Source of the DNA: Gemmatimonadales bacterium
GTDB lineage: Bacteria; Gemmatimonadota; Gemmatimonadetes; Gemmatimonadales; GWC2-71-9
Reading direction: 5' to 3'
DNA: 64,000 nt
Assembly: GCA_036267775.1 (NCBI GenBank)
Contig: DATAVM010000032.1
Coordinates: 23,209 to 87,208 of the forward strand
This document shows positions 57,931-64,000 of the stretch, in pieces. How positions within the stretch are numbered: the first letter of the stretch is position 1; the number at the start of each line of letters is the position of its first letter. The translations under genes and the position numbers were made by a program. The notes under the pieces are model-generated. The model saw only the letters and a list, made by a program, of their open reading frames with translations. It had not been told where the DNA came from and did no database searches.

Positions 57931-59432
57931 TGCCCATCGACCTGACGTCTCCCGGCGGCGCAACGCTCGCGCTGCTGCCCGAATTGCTGTTGACCGCATG
58001 GGCGCTCGTGGTGCTGCTGGTCGTTGCGTGGCGCCACACGACCGTGCAGGACCTGCGGCGGATTGGCGCGCTGTCGCTGGTGGGCTATGTGCTGGCCGTG
58101 ATGGCGACTGGCTGGCTCGCGTGGCAACGCGCGCGGCCGGACGGGCTGAATGTGATGATCGCGCTCGACGGGTTCCGCTACGCGAGCGATGCGCTGCTGC
58201 TCTGGATCGCGTCGGCTGTGACGATTCTGTCGCTGCGCTGGCTCGACCGCCAGGGGATTCTGGCCCCCGAGTACTACCCGATGCTCATGCTGGCCACCGT
58301 GGGCACCATGCTGCTTGCGGGCGCGGCCGATCTCATCACGCTCTTCCTCGGTCTCGAGGTGATGTCGATTTCGGTGTACGTGCTCGCCGGATTCGATCGC
58401 ACGCGGCGCGCCTCCGCGGAAGCCGCCCTCAAGTACTTCCTCATCGGGGCCTTCGCGTCCGGCTTTCTGCTCTACGGCATTGCGCTCATCTATGGTGCCA
58501 CCGGCCAATTCAACTTCGAGCTGATCGGCGCGCAGCTTGCCGCCAATCCGCCGACCTTGATGAGCAAGCTGGGCGTCGCGCTCGTGCTCGTCGGCTTTGC
58601 CTTCAAGGTGGCCGCGGTGCCGTTCCACGCCTGGGCGCCGGACGTGTACGAAGGTGCGCCGACGCCGATCACCACGTTCATGGCGGCCGGCGTGAAGGCG
58701 GCCGCATTCCTGGCGCTCGCGCGCGTGCTGGCCGAAGCGTTTCCAGCCGCGGTCGACCTCTGGCGCCCGGTGGTCGCCGGTCTCGCCATCATCACGATGC
58801 TGGTCGGGAACTTTACCGCGCTGCAGCAGACGTCGATGAAGCGCATGCTCGCGTACAGCTCGATCGCGCACGCCGGCTATCTGCTGTTGCCGCTCTGGGC
58901 GCACTCCAACGACGGCACGGCGGCCGTGCTTGTCTACCTGCTCGGCTACGCGATCACGATCGTGGCGGCCTTCGGCATTCTCGCGTCGATCGAGCGGGCC
59001 GGCGCCCGTACCGTGTTGCTCACGGATCTTGAGGGTCTCTTCGCCGTCCGGCCGTTCGCGGCGATCGGCCTCAGCGTATGCATGCTCTCGCTGCTCGGCT
59101 TTCCCGGCACATTCGGCTTTATTGGCAAATGGTTTCTGATCACGGCCGCATTGCGACAGGGACAGGTACTGCTGCCGGTGGTGGCGATGCTCAGCAGTGC
59201 GATCTCCATAGGATATTATCTGCCCGTCATTCTCGCGATGACGCTGCGCCCCATCCGCACACGGCAGGCGCACCAGACGATTCGCATTCCGCAGATCACC
59301 CGCGTCATGGTTGGCGTCTGCGTTGCGGCCATTCTGGTGCTCGGCGTGTGGCCGAATACGGTGCTCAACTTTGCCACCCAGGACGTGGTGCAGCTCCGTC
59401 ACAGTGATGGGCCGCCGCCCACCGGTCGCTGA
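57930..59432 (+). CDS. nuoN: NADH-quinone oxidoreductase subunit N
   Basis: FLGLEVMSISVYVL, FKVAAVPFHAWAPDVYEGAPTPIT. Last gene of the nuo array. Confidence 0.9.
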   Translation: MPIDLTSPGGATLALLPELLLTAWALVVLLVVAWRHTTVQDLRRIGALSLVGYVLAVMATGWLAWQRARPDGLNVMIALDGFRYASDALLLWIASAVTILSLRWLDRQGILAPEYYPMLMLATVGTMLLAGAADLITLFLGLEVMSISVYVLAGFDRTRRASAEAALKYFLIGAFASGFLLYGIALIYGATGQFNFELIGAQLAANPPTLMSKLGVALVLVGFAFKVAAVPFHAWAPDVYEGAPTPITTFMAAGVKAAAFLALARVLAEAFPAAVDLWRPVVAGLAIITMLVGNFTALQQTSMKRMLAYSSIAHAGYLLLPLWAHSNDGTAAVLVYLLGYAITIVAAFGILASIERAGARTVLLTDLEGLFAVRPFAAIGLSVCMLSLLGFPGTFGFIGKWFLITAALRQGQVLLPVVAMLSSAISIGYYLPVILAMTLRPIRTRQAHQTIRIPQITRVMVGVCVAAILVLGVWPNTVLNFATQDVVQLRHSDGPPPTGR

Positions 59433-59438
59433 GCGGCG

Positions 59439-60818
59439 GTGGTCCGCGTGAACGTCGCCAAGGCAATCTTCCGGGAATACGACGTGCGCGGCGTGGTGGG
59501 CACCGAGCTCACCGCGCCCGTCGCGCATGCGCTGGGTCGGGCCTTCGGATCGGCCGCACGAGAGCACCTGGGGCGGTCGGTGACGATCGCTCTTGGCCGC
59601 GACAACCGTCCCTCGAGCGAAGCGCTGGCGAATGCGCTGGCCCAGGGTCTGTGCGCTACCGGCGTCGACGTGATCGATACCGGCATGCTGCCGACACCCG
59701 CCCTCTACTTTGCGACTCGACTGCTCGGCGCCGACGGCGGAGTGCAGGTGACCGGTTCGCACAACCCACCGGAGTTCAACGGCTTCAAGTTCGGGCTCAC
59801 CGGCGACTCGCTGCACGGTGCCGCCATCCTGGATCTGCACGATCGCATCGACCAGGATCGTTATGCAGAAGGTCGCGGCAACGTGACTCGCGACCACAGC
59901 GTGCTTGATCAATACAGCAGGGCGATTCTCGAGCGCCATCAACTGGCACGGCCGGTCAAGGTGGTCGTGGACTGCGGCAACGGGGCCGCGTCCCTGGTGG
60001 CGGTGATCACGCTGCAGGCGCTCGGTGCCGACGTTGTTCCGCTCTTTGCCGAGAGCGACGGAACGTTCCCCAATCATCATCCCGATCCCACGGTGCCCGA
60101 GAATCTGGTGGCTCTGCAGGAGGCAGTGCGGACGCATGGCGCGGAGCTGGGGATTGCCTTTGATGGCGATGCCGACCGGATTGGCGCCGTAGATGAATCG
60201 GGCCGGATTGTCTGGGGCGATCAACTCCTGGTGATTTACGGGCGCGATGCGGTTCGCCGCTTTGGCGCGGGTGTTCCGGTCATCTTCGATGTGAAATGTT
60301 CCGAAGTGCTCCCGAGGGCGCTCAAGGCGGCGGGCGCCACGCCGGTGATGTGGAAGACGGGGCATTCACTCATTGAAGCAAAGATGAAGGAACTACAGTC
60401 ACCGCTGGCCGGTGAGATGAGCGGCCACATGTTCTTTGGCGGCGACTGGTTCGGCTTTGACGATGCACTTTTTGCCGCCGCGCGGCTTCTCGAAGCGGTG
60501 GCAGCCGGCCGCGGCGGATTGGCGCGGCTCATCGCCGATCTGCCGGAGACGTTTGCGACCCCGGAATTGCGCGTCGCCTGCGGCGACGATCGCAAGTTCG
60601 CGCTGGCTGAGGAAGCTGCGGCGCACTTTGCTACGCTCTATCCGGTCAACACGATCGACGGTGTGCGAATGACCTACCCGGATGGCTGGGGGCTGATACG
60701 CGCGTCGAACACGCAGCCAATTCTCGTGCTGCGCTTTGAAGCGACCAGTGCGGTCGCGCGCGATCACCATCAGGCCGAGGTGATGGCGTGGCTCGCCGAG
60801 CGCGGTGTGACGGCGTGA
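59439..60818 (+). CDS. phosphomannomutase/phosphoglucomutase (alpha-D-phosphohexomutase family)
   Basis: FREYDVRG, VTGSHNPPEFNGFKF (active-site Ser loop), AFDGDADRIG (Mg loop), GEMSGHMFF, RASNTQP. Confidence 0.85.
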   Translation: MVRVNVAKAIFREYDVRGVVGTELTAPVAHALGRAFGSAAREHLGRSVTIALGRDNRPSSEALANALAQGLCATGVDVIDTGMLPTPALYFATRLLGADGGVQVTGSHNPPEFNGFKFGLTGDSLHGAAILDLHDRIDQDRYAEGRGNVTRDHSVLDQYSRAILERHQLARPVKVVVDCGNGAASLVAVITLQALGADVVPLFAESDGTFPNHHPDPTVPENLVALQEAVRTHGAELGIAFDGDADRIGAVDESGRIVWGDQLLVIYGRDAVRRFGAGVPVIFDVKCSEVLPRALKAAGATPVMWKTGHSLIEAKMKELQSPLAGEMSGHMFFGGDWFGFDDALFAAARLLEAVAAGRGGLARLIADLPETFATPELRVACGDDRKFALAEEAAAHFATLYPVNTIDGVRMTYPDGWGLIRASNTQPILVLRFEATSAVARDHHQAEVMAWLAERGVTA

Positions 60819-60822
60819 GCCG

Positions 60823-63234
60823 ATGAGCGCGCGCGGCAGGCGGGCAGCGGTCATTGCCGTGGCGTTCGTGCTGGTGCTGCTGGCGGGGCGGTGGACGGTC
60901 GCGTGCCTCAGTGAGCGCTGGTGGGCGCAGACGTTGTCGCCGGCGGCGGCCGAGTTTGTCACGCACTGGCGGCTGCTCGGCCTGGCACTCGATTGTGCCG
61001 CAGTCCTCGGAGCCTCGCTCTGGTTTGCGTTGCAGGCCATGCTGGTGGCCCGCGCGATCGCGTCCGTGCAAGTCACGCGACGACTCGGCGACCTTCAACT
61101 GCGCGAGGCCGTGCCCACGCGCTTCCTCATGCTTGGCGCAGTCGGCACCGGTGTTTTGCTCGGCCTGATCACCGGCGCAGGCGCGCGGGCGTGGCGCGCG
61201 CCGCTGCTGCTTGCCTGGCAGGGCGCCACGTACGGGACCACCGACCCGGTGCTTCGCGCCGACCTCGGCGTGTACACCACGCAACTGCCGCTGTGGACGG
61301 TGGCCCATCACTTTGCGGCGACGCTGGTGGCGGTCGGTCTCGGCTTCACGGCACTCCTGTATGTGACGATCGGCGCACTGCGGCGAGAGAACGGCGAAGT
61401 CATCGTCCACGCCGATGCACGGCGTCAGCTCGGCGGCCTGCTCGCACTCCTGGCAGCGGTGATTTCCGTGGGCTATCTGTTGTCGCCGTATCATCTGGCC
61501 GCGTCCGCGACCATCCCGCTCGATGCCGCCGCCGCGATCATTCGCGTGCGCGCCGCACAAGTCATGGCCGGCGTCGCGCTGGGCGTCGCGGCGTTGAGCA
61601 TTCTCTGGGCGTTGCGCGGCAGACACGCACTTGTGGCTGGCGCGTGGATCACGCTGGCGCTTGGTGCGGTCATCGAGCGCGCCGCCATTCCGGTATTGAC
61701 CGGCGAGAGCACGACTGCGCAGGCGGAAGAACGCAGTGTCCGCCGCTTTGACGCCATTGCCTGGGGCCTGCATGTCGTCGAGCGTGGCGCGGGAGCCGAC
61801 ACGCTCGCTCCAGTGACGGCGCTCTGGGACGAAAACCTTCTCGCGCTCTTTGCCGATCGCAGCGGCGGAGCACTCCTGGCCGCGACGCCGACGATGGTGA
61901 CGATTGGCGGCAAGCCGGCGCCGGCGTGGCTCGTCGCGACGCCCGCCGCGGGCGATCCCACCAGGATGGATGTACTTGCCGTAGCAGACGGAGTCGCTGC
62001 GGCGACGGGGTCGCCCCGATTGCTGGTGACTGATTCCGGCCTCGGTGCCCGGCCCGTTCGCGCATCACTTCCCGATCCCCGCATCCGACCCGATGCGCCG
62101 GGCTGGCGGCCGGTAATCGGTGGTGTCGCCGCCAGTGGCAGCTTGCGCCGCTTGGCCCTCGCCTGGGCGCGCCAGGCCCCGGGAATGCTCCGCGAGACGC
62201 ATGAGCGGGCCGTCGACTGGCATCTCGATCCGGTGGACCGTGCCGCAGCGCTCCTGCCGATGGCCTCGTGGCTCCCGGCGGATTTGTTGATGGTGGCCAA
62301 TCGCCCCTTGTGGGTGGTCCAGGGGGTGTTGCCGCTCGACGAATTTCCGGTTTCCACGCGGGCGCACTGGCGGGGCGAACTGGTGGCCGGGGTCGTTCCC
62401 GCGTTCATCGCCACGATGGACGCCGCGAACGGTGAGGTGCATTGCTATCTCGATCCTGGTTCCGATTCGCTCGCCGCAGCCTGGGCCCGCATTGCCGGTC
62501 GTCTGGTTGAGCCGGCGGCTGCGCTGCCCGTCGAGCTTCGGGCGGCGTTGCCGTATCCGGTCGCCTGGCTCGACGCCCAGCTCGAAGTGCTTGGAGATCC
62601 GGTGTGGGCGATCGGCCGCCTGCCCACGGACGTCGCGGCGGGTCCCGATCGGTCGGTCGTTGTCTGGACCTCGGTTGCTCAGGCCGGTCGCGAGGCGGTC
62701 TTCGAGGATCCCGACCGCCGGGCGGTCTCGGCCCTGATCACCGCGGAGCGCGACAACGGACATCCGCAGGTCTGGCTCGATCGCTACGAGCCGAGCGACA
62801 GCCACGCCGAGAATGGCGCCGAGCTCACCCGCATCTGGACGCGGAGCACCACCGCGCTCCACCTGCGCGATTCAACGCGCGCGGCGGGCGATTCGGTGGA
62901 AGTCGGACCGGTGCGCTGGTTCCTGGGAAGCGGGCCGATTGCGGCGTGGCAGTCGGTGGTCGCGGTGCCCGCGCATGGTCCGCCGGTGCTGCTCTGGCTG
63001 GGGACCGCACTGGGAGATCGTACCGGCGGGGGACGCACACCTGTCGACGCGTGGGCCAGCGTGAGTGCGACTCCGGCTGCTGCGCACACGGCGGGCGGTC
63101 CCGCAGACTCCGCCGTGCTGCTGCAAGCTCGCCATTGGATGCGCGTGGCCGACTCCGCCCTTGCCCGCGGGGACCTGACGGCGTTCGGGCGGGCGATCGA
63201 AGCGCTTCGCAGCGCGTTGCAATCGCCGCATTAG
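60823..63234 (+). CDS. large polytopic membrane protein, possibly UPF0182 family
   Basis: 803 aa. About 7 N-terminal hydrophobic segments followed by a roughly 500-aa soluble region. The architecture resembles UPF0182, but I did not recognise a specific motif. Confidence 0.4.
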   Translation: MSARGRRAAVIAVAFVLVLLAGRWTVACLSERWWAQTLSPAAAEFVTHWRLLGLALDCAAVLGASLWFALQAMLVARAIASVQVTRRLGDLQLREAVPTRFLMLGAVGTGVLLGLITGAGARAWRAPLLLAWQGATYGTTDPVLRADLGVYTTQLPLWTVAHHFAATLVAVGLGFTALLYVTIGALRRENGEVIVHADARRQLGGLLALLAAVISVGYLLSPYHLAASATIPLDAAAAIIRVRAAQVMAGVALGVAALSILWALRGRHALVAGAWITLALGAVIERAAIPVLTGESTTAQAEERSVRRFDAIAWGLHVVERGAGADTLAPVTALWDENLLALFADRSGGALLAATPTMVTIGGKPAPAWLVATPAAGDPTRMDVLAVADGVAAATGSPRLLVTDSGLGARPVRASLPDPRIRPDAPGWRPVIGGVAASGSLRRLALAWARQAPGMLRETHERAVDWHLDPVDRAAALLPMASWLPADLLMVANRPLWVVQGVLPLDEFPVSTRAHWRGELVAGVVPAFIATMDAANGEVHCYLDPGSDSLAAAWARIAGRLVEPAAALPVELRAALPYPVAWLDAQLEVLGDPVWAIGRLPTDVAAGPDRSVVVWTSVAQAGREAVFEDPDRRAVSALITAERDNGHPQVWLDRYEPSDSHAENGAELTRIWTRSTTALHLRDSTRAAGDSVEVGPVRWFLGSGPIAAWQSVVAVPAHGPPVLLWLGTALGDRTGGGRTPVDAWASVSATPAAAHTAGGPADSAVLLQARHWMRVADSALARGDLTAFGRAIEALRSALQSPH

Positions 63235-63296
63235 TGGCGTGGGATGCGGGGAAACGCTACCTTGCGCCCCGTCCGAGCTACCCTGTCGAGGTGCAC

Positions 63297-64000
63297 GTGA
63301 ACCTGCATGAATACCAAGCCCGCGACCTGCTCAAGGCCGCCGGGATTCCCTTGTCCGATGGCGACGTCGCCACCACCGCGGCGGAGGCCGAGGCCACCGC
63401 GCGCCGGATTGGCGGAACGGTGGTCATCAAGGCGCAGGTCCATGCGGGCGGCCGTGGCAAGGCGGGCGGTGTCAAGCTCGCGTCGAGTCCGGCCGAGGCC
63501 CGTGAGTGGGCGTCGAAAATTCTTGGCATGACCATCAAGGGTCTGGTGGTCAACAAGGTCCTGGTGGTGCCGGCGGCCGAGATTGTCACCGAGAGCTACG
63601 TCGGGCTGATTCTCGACCGCGCCTCGCAGAAGCCGGTCTTCATGGTGTCGGCGGCGGGTGGTGTCGACATCGAGGAAGTCGCCGCCAGCACACCGGAGAA
63701 GATCACGCGTCTCGCGGTCGATCCGCGGTACGGCCTCCTGCCGCACCAGGCGCTCGGGCTCGCATTCTCGCTCTACAGCGACTGGGACCAGGCACGCGCT
63801 GCGGCAAAGATCATGCATCAACTGTATCGCGTCTTCATGGCCAACGGCTGCTCGCTGGCGGAGATCAATCCACTGGTCACCACGCCCGACGGCAAGGTCG
63901 TCGCCCTCGACGCCAAGATCTCTATTGACGACAACGAACTGGATCGTCGGCCCGATCTGGCTGCGCTCCGCGATGAATCCGGCGAAGAGCCGAGTGAAGT
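63297..64000 (+). CDS. sucC: succinate--CoA ligase (ADP-forming) beta subunit, N-terminal part (3' end outside window)
   Basis: GTG 63297 then NLHEYQARDLLKAAGIP...VVIKAQVHAGGRGKAGGVKL, the canonical SucC N-terminus. The frame stays open to the window edge and is absent from the ORF track because it has no stop. Confidence 0.9.
   Translation, partial: MNLHEYQARDLLKAAGIPLSDGDVATTAAEAEATARRIGGTVVIKAQVHAGGRGKAGGVKLASSPAEAREWASKILGMTIKGLVVNKVLVVPAAEIVTESYVGLILDRASQKPVFMVSAAGGVDIEEVAASTPEKITRLAVDPRYGLLPHQALGLAFSLYSDWDQARAAAKIMHQLYRVFMANGCSLAEINPLVTTPDGKVVALDAKISIDDNELDRRPDLAALRDESGEEPSE

Overview
High-GC (roughly two-thirds G+C by eye) bacterial chromosome segment, densely packed and almost entirely co-directional: 59 of the 61 CDS I call are on the + strand. 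Most of it is core housekeeping. Recognisable genes include RNase G, rplU-rpmA, an ECF sigma/anti-sigma module, tRNA-Leu(CAA), pepA, yicC-gmk-rpoZ-coaBC-udg-dnaB-radA-ispD-tsaC-ptp-aroE-comF, gap-pgk-tpiA-secG-carA, an HU-like gene with moaDEA, mdh-sdhCAB, dcd, a complete 14-gene nuoA-N operon, a phosphomannomutase and the start of sucC. Gene content (CarboxypepD_reg-type giant outer-membrane barrels, LVIVD propellers, many M28 peptidases) suggests a Gemmatimonadota- or Acidobacteriota-like organism; this is inference only. I see no CRISPR array, prophage, transposase, integrase or recognisable defence system. The less ordinary parts are envelope modules embedded in the core operons. (1) Two paralogous lipoprotein beta-propellers flank a signal-peptide protein with His/Met motifs (38.3-42.6 kb), directly downstream of sdhB. 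(2) Two paralogous secreted M28 peptidases flank a 1220-aa outer-membrane barrel whose C-terminus carries a Spy/CpxP-like LTXXQ extension (25.6-33.4 kb). (3) An inverted-repeat-bounded noncoding element lies upstream of that barrel gene. (4) An AT-rich CRP-like palindrome and a GAGACC/GGTCTC hairpin and repeat tract sit in the dcd/nuoA divergent region. All functional calls rest on motif recognition by eye, with no searches run.
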